Positions 9,532 to 19,127 of a stretch of 49,404 nucleotides of DNA are shown in pieces. Source of the DNA: an uncultured bacterium (GTDB lineage Bacteria; Omnitrophota; Gorgyraeia; Duberdicusellales; 4484-171); assembly GCA_913050175.1 (NCBI GenBank), contig CAJXAF010000003.1, forward strand, positions 1-49,404, in the 5' to 3' direction. The notes under the pieces are model-generated. The model was given only the letters and a program-made list of their open reading frames with translations, was not told the DNA's origin and did no database searches. The translations under genes were made by a program, and so were the position numbers. Position 1 is the first letter of the stretch. Each line of letters starts with the position of its first letter.

Positions 9532-9594
9532 TTGTTCTATTTAAAATAATCTTTTTTTACTGTTCTTTCCAAAACAGATAGCAGAGCCTTATAT

Positions 9595-9668
9595 GCGGGG
9601 GTAGCTCAATTGGCTAGAGCATCACGTTGCCAACGTGAAGGTTGAGGGTTCAATTCCCTTCTCCCGCT
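9595..9668 (+). tRNA. tRNA-Gly(GCC)
   Basis: Acceptor GCGGGGG/CTCCCGC, anticodon arm TCACG-TTGCCAA-CGTGA, GTTCAATT T-loop, U73 discriminator; CCA not encoded. Confidence 0.97.
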
Positions 9669-9727
9669 TATTTTTATTTACTTATTCTCTTGGTCGGCTG
9701 CTATCTTTGGAGAGATTCGATTTTTGA

Positions 9728-10204
9728 ATGTCTATGAATATTCTTGATTATCTTGATAAAAATTGTATTGTTTTTAATGTAAAACATAAGAATAAAAAAA
9801 GCATTATTGCATCAATCCTCGACCACCTAATTGATAAAAATAAGATAGCCAAAGACGACAGAAAAGTTATCTTAAAAACCATTCTTAAACGAGAGGAGAT
9901 GGGGTCAACTGCAATTGGTGGCCACATAGCTTTTCCCCATGCCAGATTAAACACAGTTAAGGATATTATAATTTGTTTTTGTATATCTTCTGAAGGCGTT
10001 GATTTCGACTCTTTAGACCAAGATCCAGTTAATGTTATAGCTCTTTTGCTTTCTGATCAAAAAGAAGCAGGATTGCACCTAAAGATGCTAGCATTTTTGG
10101 CAAAATTACTAAGGGATAAATATCTTGTTCAGAGACTTAAAGCTGCCAAGACCTCCCAAGAAGTTATTTTGCTTTTAGAAAAGCAACAGAGAGCAATCGC
10201 CTAG
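9728..10204 (+). CDS. PTS EIIA (Fru/Ntr family)
   Basis: REEMGSTAIG..IAFPHAR with phospho-His, FDSLDQDPV, HLKMLA. Confidence 0.92.
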   Translation: MSMNILDYLDKNCIVFNVKHKNKKSIIASILDHLIDKNKIAKDDRKVILKTILKREEMGSTAIGGHIAFPHARLNTVKDIIICFCISSEGVDFDSLDQDPVNVIALLLSDQKEAGLHLKMLAFLAKLLRDKYLVQRLKAAKTSQEVILLLEKQQRAIA

Positions 10205-10252
10205 GGCTTGTTTTAGTAATATCTTTGCAAAGCGCAATTAAGGATTCAATAA

Positions 10253-11515
10253 ATGAAAAGAGTTTTAAAAATTATTAAGTGGCTTTATCCGGGTTTAAGG
10301 ATAAAAAGATGGGTTATCCTTCTTTTATTGGGGATACTGCTTATTCTTTTTTCATCTCCTTATGTATTTAAGGAAGAAAGTCTCATGCTAAGGATAGTCC
10401 ATACTTTTTTATTTACTATAGGTATTGTTGCTCTTATCGGTGGCATAGCCTATTTAATCCGAAGTCTTTTTGAAGCAATCTATCCGGGAAAGAGCAAAGA
10501 GTTAATAGACATAATATATGAGAAAAGATTTCTTTCTAAGGGTCCGAAAATAGTTGCGATTGGCGGAGGAACAGGATTGTCGACAATTTTAGAAGGCTTA
10601 AAAGAATATACATCTAATATAACGGCTATAGTTACTGTTGCTGATGAGGGCGGGTCATCGGGAAGGATAAGAGAGGAGTTTGGGATTTTGCCACCAGGAG
10701 ATATACGTAACTGTTTGGTTTCTTTAGCTGAAGCTCCTCAGATGATGCGTGATTTATTTCAATATCGTTTTAAAGAAGGTAATGGCATAAAGGGCCATAG
10801 CTTTGGTAATTTGTTTATAACTGCCATGACTCAAATAACAGGAAGCTTTAAAGATGCCGTTAAGGAATCTAGCATTGTTTTAGCTATTAGAGGAAGAGTT
10901 ATGCCGGCTAGCTTAGATAAGATTCACCTAAAAGCAGAGTATAATGATGGAACTGAAAAGATTGGTGAGGATAAGATTCCTGATGAAGAAAAGGCAATCA
11001 GAAGAATATGCTTATTGCCTGAAGATGCAAAACCAAATCCGGAAGCTCTGGAAGCAATCCGGGAGGCTGAAATTATAATTATGGGTCCGGGTAGTTTATT
11101 TACAAGTATTTTACCTAATCTTTTAATAAAAGAGATCTCTGAAGAGATTTCCCGGCGCGACATAATGAAACTTTATATTTGCAATGTTATGACTCAGCAT
11201 GGAGAAACCGATGGCTTTACCGCTTCTGACCATCTAAAGATTATTGCATCCCATGCGGAAAAAGGAGTTGTAAACTGTTGTTTAGTTAGTTCAGGTAGGC
11301 TTAAATATAGATTGCTTGTTAAATACGCTCAAGAAAGGTCTTTTCCTGTTATCTTTGATCGGGATCGGATAAAAAAGATGGGTGTATCTATTTTTGAGGC
11401 TGATGTAATAAGTAAGAGGAATTATTTACGGCATGATTCGGCAAAAGTAGCCAAGGAAGTTATAAATATTTGTAACCATAGTAAGAAAGAATGGCGAGAG
11501 CTGAAGAGCAGGTAA
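10253..11515 (+). CDS. yvcK: YvcK/GlmR (CofD-like) uridine-diphosphate-sugar-binding protein with N-terminal membrane anchor
   Basis: KIVAIGGGTGLS, VADEGGSSG, PPGDIRNCL, GHSFGNL, GPGSLFTS, NVMTQHGET; two hydrophobic segments at the N-terminus. Confidence 0.9.
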   Translation: MKRVLKIIKWLYPGLRIKRWVILLLLGILLILFSSPYVFKEESLMLRIVHTFLFTIGIVALIGGIAYLIRSLFEAIYPGKSKELIDIIYEKRFLSKGPKIVAIGGGTGLSTILEGLKEYTSNITAIVTVADEGGSSGRIREEFGILPPGDIRNCLVSLAEAPQMMRDLFQYRFKEGNGIKGHSFGNLFITAMTQITGSFKDAVKESSIVLAIRGRVMPASLDKIHLKAEYNDGTEKIGEDKIPDEEKAIRRICLLPEDAKPNPEALEAIREAEIIIMGPGSLFTSILPNLLIKEISEEISRRDIMKLYICNVMTQHGETDGFTASDHLKIIASHAEKGVVNCCLVSSGRLKYRLLVKYAQERSFPVIFDRDRIKKMGVSIFEADVISKRNYLRHDSAKVAKEVINICNHSKKEWRELKSR

Positions 11516-11757
11516 CTGTTAACAAACCACATGGATTACATGCCCGGCCGGCAACTATATTTGTCCAGCTGGCTAATAAATTTCAATCTTCAGTTAAGGT
11601 TGAAAAGGATGGAGAAGTAGTTGACGGTAAGTCGATAATTGCTATCTTAAGTTTGGGCGTTAACAAAGGTATGCCAATCAGATTAATTGTTGAGGGCGAT
11701 GATGCTGATGAAGCTGTAGCTGATTTAAAGAGGTTTCTTGAAAATGAAAATGATTAA
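11491..11757 (+). CDS. ptsH: Phosphocarrier protein HPr
   Basis: GLHARPA (His15), DGKSI (Ser46). Confidence 0.97.
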   Translation: MARAEEQVTVNKPHGLHARPATIFVQLANKFQSSVKVEKDGEVVDGKSIIAILSLGVNKGMPIRLIVEGDDADEAVADLKRFLENEND

Positions 11758-13507
11758 ATTAAAGGGAATTGGAGTATCAGGGGGAGTTGGCATAGGAAGA
11801 GCTTTTGTCATGCGCAAGGATGATCTTGCAATTCCTAAAAGAAAAATTACCCATGATCATATTTCTCGAGAGATTTATAAGCTCGAGGAAGCTTTAATTG
11901 AAACACGTAGAGAAATATCTATTCTCCAGAAAAAAATTTCAAAAGAGCTTGGTTTTGACCATGGAAGGATCTTTGAGGCACATTATCTTGTTTTAGAAGA
12001 CAGAGTTTTAATTGAGGATGTAATAACCCAGATTAAAAATAAAAGAGTTAATGTTGAATATGCTTTTTCACAAAGTATTGAAAAATATGTCTCGACCCTT
12101 CTTAAGCTAGAAGATGAGTATTTAAGAGAAAGGGTTATAGATATTGAAGATATAGCAAAGAGAGTTTTGCGTAAGATACTTAAAGAGTCAACAGTGACTT
12201 TAAGTGATTTAAAAGAAAAAGTGGTTATCGTAGCGCATGATCTCTCACCTTCACAAACAGCGTCATTACCTAAAGATAAAATCTTAGGTTTTGTTACTGA
12301 TATAGGCGGCAGAACTTCACATACGGCAATTATTGCAAAGGGCTTGCGTATCCCGGCCGTAGTAGGTGTTGAAGTTGCTACCGGCAACATTGATTCTGGC
12401 ATTAAAATAATTGTTGATGGCTCTTCCGGCCAGGTTATTGTGAGCCCAACTGAAAAAACACTTAAAGAGTATCAGAAAAAATTATCAATTTATACAAAAG
12501 AAATAAAGTCAATACATATATCGACGGAGCTTAAAGCACATACCAAAGATGGAAAAGATGCAGTCATATCAGCCAATATTGAGTTGCCGGAAGAATTAGC
12601 CTTAGTTAAAAAGTATGGGGCTGAAGGAATAGGCCTCTATAGAACAGAATACATGTTTTTAGGCAGGCGAGATCTTCCTTCAGAGGAAGAGCAATATAAG
12701 GCTTATTGCAGCGTAGCTAAGAAGATATCACCACAGCCGGTAGTTTTTAGGACCATTGACATTGGCGGTGATAAATTTCTTTCTCAGCCTCAAGTTCCCC
12801 GGGAGATGAGTCCTTTCTTAGGTTGGCGGGCTATACGATTTTGTCTGGCCAGACCAGAAGTATTTAAAACTCAGCTTCGGGCAATTTTGCGGGCTTCGGT
12901 AGAAAAAAATGTAAAACTTATGTTTCCCATGATTTCCGGCATTGAAGAGTTAAGACAGGCAAAATATATCTTAAAGGAATGCCAAAAAGAGTTAAAGAAA
13001 GAGGGCAAAGCCTTTGATGAGAAAATATCGGTGGGAACAATGATTGAAGTTCCTTCAGCAGCGCTTACGGCTGATGTTTTAGCTAAAGAGAGTGATTTTT
13101 TTAGTATTGGAACTAATGATTTGATACAATATTCTTTGGCTGTCGACCGGGGAAATGAAAAGGTAGCCTATCTTTATGAGCCAGGTCATCCGGCAGTTTT
13201 GCGTCTAATTAAAAGCGTTATCGAGGTAGCACATCAAAATAATACTTGGGTTGGTATGTGTGGAGAAATGAGTGGCGAACCAATTTTTGCTTTTCTTCTT
13301 TTAGGTATTGGCCTGGATCAATTTAGTATGTCGCCGCCGCAAGTTCCTAAGATAAAAGAACTAATAAATAATGTCAATTTCGAGGATGCTAAAAAAATAA
13401 TTAATAACACACTCAGCTTATCAACTCCTAAGGAAGTAGAGAAATATCTACAAAAAGAATTGAAAAAACTTCTCAGTGAGGAGATTTATCATATGTTAAT
13501 GATCTAA
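11750..13507 (+). CDS. ptsI: PTS enzyme I (no GAF domain)
   Basis: RTSHTAI phospho-His, GLYRTE, RTIDIGGDK, LGWRAIR, SIGTNDLIQY, CGEM. Start chosen at the ATG overlapping the HPr stop; 11744 is also possible. Confidence 0.97.
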   Translation: MIKLKGIGVSGGVGIGRAFVMRKDDLAIPKRKITHDHISREIYKLEEALIETRREISILQKKISKELGFDHGRIFEAHYLVLEDRVLIEDVITQIKNKRVNVEYAFSQSIEKYVSTLLKLEDEYLRERVIDIEDIAKRVLRKILKESTVTLSDLKEKVVIVAHDLSPSQTASLPKDKILGFVTDIGGRTSHTAIIAKGLRIPAVVGVEVATGNIDSGIKIIVDGSSGQVIVSPTEKTLKEYQKKLSIYTKEIKSIHISTELKAHTKDGKDAVISANIELPEELALVKKYGAEGIGLYRTEYMFLGRRDLPSEEEQYKAYCSVAKKISPQPVVFRTIDIGGDKFLSQPQVPREMSPFLGWRAIRFCLARPEVFKTQLRAILRASVEKNVKLMFPMISGIEELRQAKYILKECQKELKKEGKAFDEKISVGTMIEVPSAALTADVLAKESDFFSIGTNDLIQYSLAVDRGNEKVAYLYEPGHPAVLRLIKSVIEVAHQNNTWVGMCGEMSGEPIFAFLLLGIGLDQFSMSPPQVPKIKELINNVNFEDAKKIINNTLSLSTPKEVEKYLQKELKKLLSEEIYHMLMI

Positions 13508-13508
13508 T

Positions 13509-14240
13509 ATGCGTGTACTCATCCTTGCTGCTGGATACGGAACCAGGCTTTACCCTTTAACTAAGACAACAGCCAAACCGCTGGTGGCAATAAACGGTAA
13601 GCTGATGATAAATTTTCTCATTGAGAAAATTGTCCGACTCAAAAAGAGCTATCAGATTACCGAGCTCAGAGTAGTCGTTAATAATAAGTTTTATAAGGAT
13701 TTTGTTGTCTGGAATAAGAAAAATAAAATAAAAGTAAGTATCTTAAATGATGGTTCCAATTCTCCTGGCGACAGGCTAGGAGCCATCAAGGATATGAAGT
13801 TTGGCATAGACGGGGCAAAATCTGATTGGCTTATTCTGGGCGGAGACAACTTATTTGAAGATGATTTGAAGGGTTTTATTTCTTTTGCTTTAAAAAATAA
13901 ACCTTATCCGGCAATCGGTCTTTATGATGTTGGTTCTAAAAAGGAAGCTTCTCGTTGCGGCGTTGTAGGCTTAAATACAAGAAAAAGAATAGTTAAATTT
14001 CAGGAAAAGCCTAAGAGACCTTTCTCAACCTTGGTTGCTTCCTGTGTTTATTTTTTTCCGAGGAAGTCTTTAAAATTATTAGATTCTTACGTTCGAAATC
14101 ATGAAAATGTTGATGCTTCGGGAAAATACATCGAGTGGTTGTCTAAGGAATCAAAGGTGTTCGGATATTTATTAAAGGGAAATTGGATTGACATCGGTCA
14201 TTCTGATTCTTTAAAATTAGCTGCAAAAGAGTTCAAATAA
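13509..14240 (+). CDS. Sugar-phosphate nucleotidyltransferase (GT-A, RmlA/MPG/MurU-like), substrate unknown
   Basis: ILAAGYGTRLYPLT..KPL, GGDNLF, FQEKP, WIDIG. Confidence 0.9.
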   Translation: MRVLILAAGYGTRLYPLTKTTAKPLVAINGKLMINFLIEKIVRLKKSYQITELRVVVNNKFYKDFVVWNKKNKIKVSILNDGSNSPGDRLGAIKDMKFGIDGAKSDWLILGGDNLFEDDLKGFISFALKNKPYPAIGLYDVGSKKEASRCGVVGLNTRKRIVKFQEKPKRPFSTLVASCVYFFPRKSLKLLDSYVRNHENVDASGKYIEWLSKESKVFGYLLKGNWIDIGHSDSLKLAAKEFK

Positions 14241-14259
14241 TAATCTATAAGGTGAAAAT

Positions 14260-15327
14260 ATGCAATTACAAAATTTAAGAAAAAAAATTGACCAGATTGA
14301 TGAAAAGATATTGAATCTTCTTAATCAGCGTGCCGATGAAGTAATTAAAGTTGGCAAGCTTAAGAAAAAAAACAATATCTCTGTTTATTCTCCGGAAAGA
14401 GAAGCCAGCATGTTAAAAAGGCTTAAAAGTATTAATAAAGGAGCTTTTCGGCCTGAAGATGTTGAAAATGTTTTCCGGGAAATTTTATCAGTCTGCCGTT
14501 CTCAACGGACAATTTTGGAAATAGCCTACTTGGGCCCTCCGGGAACTTTTACCCATTTAGCTTCAATAAAGAAATTCGGAAAAAGACCAAACTATATAGA
14601 ATCCGAGAGCATTAAAGATGTTTTTGATAAGGTTGAACGGGGTGAAGCTGATTATGGAGTGGTGCCAGTTGAAAACTCTATTGAAGGAGTAGTAAATTAT
14701 ACTTTAGATATGTTTTTTGTCTCCAATTTAAGCATTTGTGCTGAGGTGACCTTAAATATTTCTCACTCCTTGCTAGGAGCAAAAGTTAAAGATATTACTA
14801 AGATAAAGCGGATTTACTCTAATCCTCAAGTCTTTGCTCAGTGCCGGTCTTGGATATCACGTAATCTAAAGAATGCTGAACTAGTTCCCACAGAGTCTAC
14901 AGCCAAGGCAGCTCTTCGAGCAAAAAAAGATTTATCAGGTGCATGTATTGGAAATAAAATTCTGGCGAATATTTACAGCTTAAACATAATAGCTTCAGAA
15001 ATTGAGGATTCACCATATAACTATACTAGGTTTTTGATAATCTCTAAAAACGACACTCCGGCTTCAGGTAAAGATAAAACTTCAATTTTATTTGCCGTAA
15101 AAGACAAAGTTGGTGCCTTATATGATGCTCTTTATTCTTTTAAGAGCCATAAGATAAACTTAACAAAGATTGAATCAAGACCATCTAAAAAGAAACCTTG
15201 GGAGTATTACTTTTTTGTTGATTTCCAAAAGCATAGAAGTTCTCCTGTGGTTAAGAAAGCTTTAAAGAAATTAGAAAAAGAATGTATTTTTCTAAAGATT
15301 CTTGGTTCATACCCTAAGGAAAGCTAG
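14260..15327 (+). CDS. pheA: Chorismate mutase/prephenate dehydratase (P-protein)
   Basis: LRKKIDQIDEKI..R CM domain, YLGPPGTFT, PVENSIEG, NYTRF, ACT domain LTKIESRP. Confidence 0.97.
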   Translation: MQLQNLRKKIDQIDEKILNLLNQRADEVIKVGKLKKKNNISVYSPEREASMLKRLKSINKGAFRPEDVENVFREILSVCRSQRTILEIAYLGPPGTFTHLASIKKFGKRPNYIESESIKDVFDKVERGEADYGVVPVENSIEGVVNYTLDMFFVSNLSICAEVTLNISHSLLGAKVKDITKIKRIYSNPQVFAQCRSWISRNLKNAELVPTESTAKAALRAKKDLSGACIGNKILANIYSLNIIASEIEDSPYNYTRFLIISKNDTPASGKDKTSILFAVKDKVGALYDALYSFKSHKINLTKIESRPSKKKPWEYYFFVDFQKHRSSPVVKKALKKLEKECIFLKILGSYPKES

Positions 15328-15359
15328 AAAATTATATTTTAATAAAATAGCAGTTAGAT

Positions 15360-15414
15360 AAAAAGCAGTGAGTTTGGTTATTTTTCTAGATGCTAGTATT
15401 CACTGCTTTTTTTT
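15360..15414 (+). terminator. Terminator-like stem with U-tract between pheA and hisC
   Basis: AAAAAGCAGTGAGT (15360-15373) pairs with ATTCACTGCTTTTT (15398-15411); the T-run continues to 15414; large internal loop. Confidence 0.55.
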
Positions 15415-15428
15415 AGTTTAAGGATTTT

Positions 15429-16508
15429 ATGATTTATAGAGATGATTTAAAAAATATCAAGCCCTATCAGCCGGGAAAGCCGATTGAAGAGGTAAAGAGA
15501 GAACTCCGCTTAAAGAAAGTCTATAAGCTTGCTTCCAATGAGTCTCCTTTTAGCCCAAAATACTTAAAGAAAGCACTCTTAGCCGAGTTAGAAAATATCA
15601 ATCGCTATCCTGAAAGCAGCTGTTTCTATTTACGTAAAGTTCTTGCTAAAGAATTAAAAGTAAAACCAGAAACTCTAGTCTTTGGCAATGGGTCCGATGA
15701 AATTATCGCTCTATCTCTAAGAGCTTTAATTTCTGAGGGCGATGAAGTAATAGTTTCTTATCCCAGCTTTTTAATTTATGAGATCCAGGCAAAGATTCAT
15801 GGGGCGAAGATAAAGAAAGTTCCTTTAAGAAATCTTAAGTATTCTCTGGATGATATAGCCAAGAAGATAAATAAGCGGACAAAAATAATTTTTATAGCTA
15901 ATCCCGATAATCCTACTGGGTCATATCTTAATAGCAGCCAGGTAAGAAACTTTCTTAAAAAGATACCAAAAAGTATCGTTGTCTTCTTAGATGAAGCTTA
16001 CTTTGAATTTGCACCTAAGGATTTTCCAAAGTCACTCAAACTCTTAAAAGAGAGAGGCAATATTATAATAACCAGAACTTTTTCAAAAGCTTACAGCTTA
16101 GCCGGTTTAAGAATTGGTTACGCTATAACCACAAAGGAGATAGCTACTATTCTAAATACTATTCGTGAGCCATTTAATATAAATAGAATTGCTCAAAGCT
16201 GTGCTCTCACAGCCTTAAAAAATAAAAAATTTATGCGGGCGGTGGTAGCTTTTACCAATAACGAAAAAAACTATTTTTATAATCAGTTAAGCGGCCTAGG
16301 ATTATCTTTTAAGGAATCAGCGACTAACTTTGTTTTAGTTGACTTTAAGAAAAACACAGCTAATCTATTTAAGTTTCTCTTAAAAAAAGGCGTAATCATT
16401 AGAACTCTGGCTGGCTGGGGCTTGCCTAACTATTTCCGGGTAACTGTCGGCTTAGCAAAAGAAAATAAATCTTTTATAGAGTATTTAAAACAATATTTAA
16501 AAAAATAA
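15429..16508 (+). CDS. hisC: Histidinol-phosphate/aromatic aminotransferase
   Basis: YQPGKPI, KLASNE, GNGSDE, NPDNPTG, DEAYFEF, RTFSKAYSLAGLRIGY. Confidence 0.96.
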   Translation: MIYRDDLKNIKPYQPGKPIEEVKRELRLKKVYKLASNESPFSPKYLKKALLAELENINRYPESSCFYLRKVLAKELKVKPETLVFGNGSDEIIALSLRALISEGDEVIVSYPSFLIYEIQAKIHGAKIKKVPLRNLKYSLDDIAKKINKRTKIIFIANPDNPTGSYLNSSQVRNFLKKIPKSIVVFLDEAYFEFAPKDFPKSLKLLKERGNIIITRTFSKAYSLAGLRIGYAITTKEIATILNTIREPFNINRIAQSCALTALKNKKFMRAVVAFTNNEKNYFYNQLSGLGLSFKESATNFVLVDFKKNTANLFKFLLKKGVIIRTLAGWGLPNYFRVTVGLAKENKSFIEYLKQYLKK

Positions 16509-16526
16509 TCTCTTTGGAGGATAATT

Positions 16527-17543
16527 ATGATTATTGTATTTAAAAAAAGTGCTAGCCAAGCCCAAGTCGATGACCTTATTAAAAGAGTCGGAGAACTCGG
16601 CTTAAAAGCAATGGTATCACAAGGTTCTGAACGCACAATTGTGGGAGTCATAGGCCCTGAGGATGTAATCCGGCTTCATCCCTTAGAAGTGTTTCCCGGA
16701 GTCGATAAAGTAATGCCGGTTCTTGCTCCCTATAAATTGGTTTCCCGGGAATTCAAAAAAGAAGATAGTATAGTAAAAATAAATGACCAGCTCACTATAG
16801 GAGCAAAGAAAATTCCTATAATTGCCGGGCCTTGCTCAATTGAGAGTCTTGACCAACTTAAGAGCATTGCCAAATCAATCAAAAGTTCCGGGGCTACTAT
16901 TTTACGGGGCGGAGCTTTTAAGCCAAGAACATCACCCTATACTTTTCAAGGCTTGGGAGAAGATGGTTTAAAGATCTTAAAAGATGTAGCTAGCCAGGCT
17001 GGTATAGCTACAGCTACTGAGGTTATGGATGTGCGTCAAGTTGAGCTGGTAGTGCGCTACTCTGATATCTTACAAATTGGTGCCCGTAATATGCAAAATT
17101 TTAATCTTTTAAAAGAAGTAGGGCAAACCAAAAAACCAGTAATTTTAAAACGGGGTCTAAGCGCAACTATAAAAGAATTATTAATGAGTGCAGAGTATAT
17201 ACTTTCGGAAGGCAATTTTAATGTCATCTTGTGTGAACGGGGGATAAGAACTTTTGAAGATTTTACTCGTAATACTTTAGATTTAAGTGCTGTTCCGGCA
17301 ATAAAAACTCTCTCGCATTTGCCTATCATAGTTGATCCATCTCATGCTACTGGAAAACGCAATTTAATTGCTCCTTTATCCAAGGCAGCTATAGCTTGTG
17401 GTTGTGATGGTTTATTAATTGAGGTGCATTCAAATCCAAAAGAGGCTTTAAGTGACGGTCCCCAGCAGTTACTGCCGGAAGATTTTTCTTCTCTGGTAAA
17501 AGAGCTAAGAATAATAGCTGAGGCTGTGAATAGAGAAATTTAA
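16527..17543 (+). CDS. aroF: DAHP synthase type I-beta with N-terminal regulatory domain
   Basis: IAGPCSIES, RGGAFKPRTSPY, QIGARNMQNF, CERGIRTF, VDPSHATG, IEVH, SDGPQ. Confidence 0.96.
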   Translation: MIIVFKKSASQAQVDDLIKRVGELGLKAMVSQGSERTIVGVIGPEDVIRLHPLEVFPGVDKVMPVLAPYKLVSREFKKEDSIVKINDQLTIGAKKIPIIAGPCSIESLDQLKSIAKSIKSSGATILRGGAFKPRTSPYTFQGLGEDGLKILKDVASQAGIATATEVMDVRQVELVVRYSDILQIGARNMQNFNLLKEVGQTKKPVILKRGLSATIKELLMSAEYILSEGNFNVILCERGIRTFEDFTRNTLDLSAVPAIKTLSHLPIIVDPSHATGKRNLIAPLSKAAIACGCDGLLIEVHSNPKEALSDGPQQLLPEDFSSLVKELRIIAEAVNREI

Positions 17544-17547
17544 TAAG

Positions 17548-18387
17548 ATGAAAGGTATAAAGAAGATAGCTATTGTTGGCGTTGGTTTTATGGGTGGTTC
17601 TTTAGCAAGAGCCGTGCTTAAGAAATTCCCCCGAGTATCTTTATGGGGATATGCTCGAAGTAAGAAGTCTTTAACCCGCTTAAGGAAAGCCAGGGTTATT
17701 AAGAAGCTCGATTTATCTATAGAAAGAGTAGTTAAAGATGCTGATTTAATAGTTTTAGCTCTGCCAGTAAGAAAGATTATGGAGTACTTTAAAGTTATTT
17801 CACCTTTCTTAAAAAAAGGAGCAATAATTATTGATTTGGGAAGCAGCAAGAGTAAAATCCAAAAAGCAGCAAATTCCAGTTTACCAAAATCTGTTAAATT
17901 TATTGGCTGTCATCCTTTGTGCGGCAGTGAAAAGAAAGGAGTTGAATTTAGTAAGCCTGAGCTCTACAATGATTCGTTTTGCCTGATTACATCTTCTTCT
18001 AAGAGTAAAGCTTCTCAAACAATTAAAAAATTATGGGAGAGCCTGGGGGCAAAAGTTATATTTATCAATGCCCAGACGCACGATAAAATCTTATCTTCGA
18101 TTTCCCACTTACCGCATATTCTTTCTTTTTCTCTTAGTAAGCACATTCCTGATAGCTATCTTAAATTTGCTCCGGCGAGCTTAAAAGACCTTACTAGAAT
18201 ATCGGCTTCACCGGCTTCGGTCTGGACAGATATTTTTCTCACTAACAAGAAAAACATCATAAAAGATATTAAGGGATTTATAAAAATATTAAAAACTTAC
18301 CAAGCTTCCCTTGAGTTAGGGTCTAAGACCCAATTAAGAAAGTTAATTCTTAAAGCTAACGCAAAGCATAAAAAATTGTCAAAGTAG
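17548..18387 (+). CDS. tyrA: Prephenate/arogenate dehydrogenase
   Basis: GVGFMGGSLA, DLGSSK, HPLCGSE, HD..SHLPH, DLTRI. Confidence 0.93.
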   Translation: MKGIKKIAIVGVGFMGGSLARAVLKKFPRVSLWGYARSKKSLTRLRKARVIKKLDLSIERVVKDADLIVLALPVRKIMEYFKVISPFLKKGAIIIDLGSSKSKIQKAANSSLPKSVKFIGCHPLCGSEKKGVEFSKPELYNDSFCLITSSSKSKASQTIKKLWESLGAKVIFINAQTHDKILSSISHLPHILSFSLSKHIPDSYLKFAPASLKDLTRISASPASVWTDIFLTNKKNIIKDIKGFIKILKTYQASLELGSKTQLRKLILKANAKHKKLSK

Positions 18388-18413
18388 TACTTAGGAGATG
18401 GTAATACCACATT

Positions 18414-19067
18414 ATGATTATAGCAATTGACGGACCAGCCGGTTCAGGGAAAACAACTACTGCCAGGCGAATTGCTGAAAAATTAGGCATACTTTATCTA
18501 GATACCGGAGCAACCTATCGAGCCTTAACTCTGGCTGCTTTAGAAAAAGATCTGGATTTAAATGATGCCGGAAGCTTAGAGGAACTTGCCAAAAATATTG
18601 ACCTTAGATTGGAAACCAATCGGGTTTTTCTCCAAAGTAAAGACGTAAGCCAAGCCATAAGAACCCCTAGAATAGATAAAAATATATCTATGGTAGTTAA
18701 ACATCCCGGAGTACGTGAGGTTATGGTTAATTTGCAGCGTGATATAGCAAAGGGAAACAATTGTATTGCTGAAGGAAGAGACGTCGCAACAGTAGTTTTT
18801 CCCAAAGCTGAATTTAAATTTTATCTTGATGCTGATGAAAAGAAGCGTGCCCAGCGCCGTTACAAGGAATTACAAGAAAAAGAAATCAATATTGAATTCG
18901 CCGAAGTTAAATCTGATTTAACAAAAAGAGATAGCGCGGATAAGAATAGAGTCGTTGGACCACTTAAGGTGAGTGAAGATGCAATTATTATTGATACAAC
19001 AGACTTAAGCATAGAAGACACTGCAGATGAAATCATCAAATATATTAACTCTAATAAACTCCACTAA
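18414..19067 (+). CDS. cmk: Cytidylate kinase
   Basis: IAIDGPAGSGKTT, LDTGATYR, EGRD, RDSAD. Confidence 0.97.
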   Translation: MIIAIDGPAGSGKTTTARRIAEKLGILYLDTGATYRALTLAALEKDLDLNDAGSLEELAKNIDLRLETNRVFLQSKDVSQAIRTPRIDKNISMVVKHPGVREVMVNLQRDIAKGNNCIAEGRDVATVVFPKAEFKFYLDADEKKRAQRRYKELQEKEINIEFAEVKSDLTKRDSADKNRVVGPLKVSEDAIIIDTTDLSIEDTADEIIKYINSNKLH

Positions 19068-19127
19068 TTTCTCTATCTATAAAAAAGAGTGCCGGCAAGT
19101 TTTTGCTCTAAGGGTAAGATACTATTT

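Noticed and set aside
9302-9668. A frameshift-suppressor tRNA to explain the GGGT sites
   Set aside because: All three tRNAs have normal 7-nt anticodon loops, and tRNA-Gly is an ordinary GCC.
9268-9727. tRNA cluster as a prophage or island attachment site
   Set aside because: No integrase, no duplicated tRNA 3' end elsewhere in the window, and housekeeping genes on both sides.
18393-18430. GGAGATGGTAATACC resembling the start of a fluoride riboswitch; short out-of-frame ORF MVIPHYDYSN
   Set aside because: The rest of the riboswitch is missing and it overlaps the cmk start; best explained as an SD plus chance.
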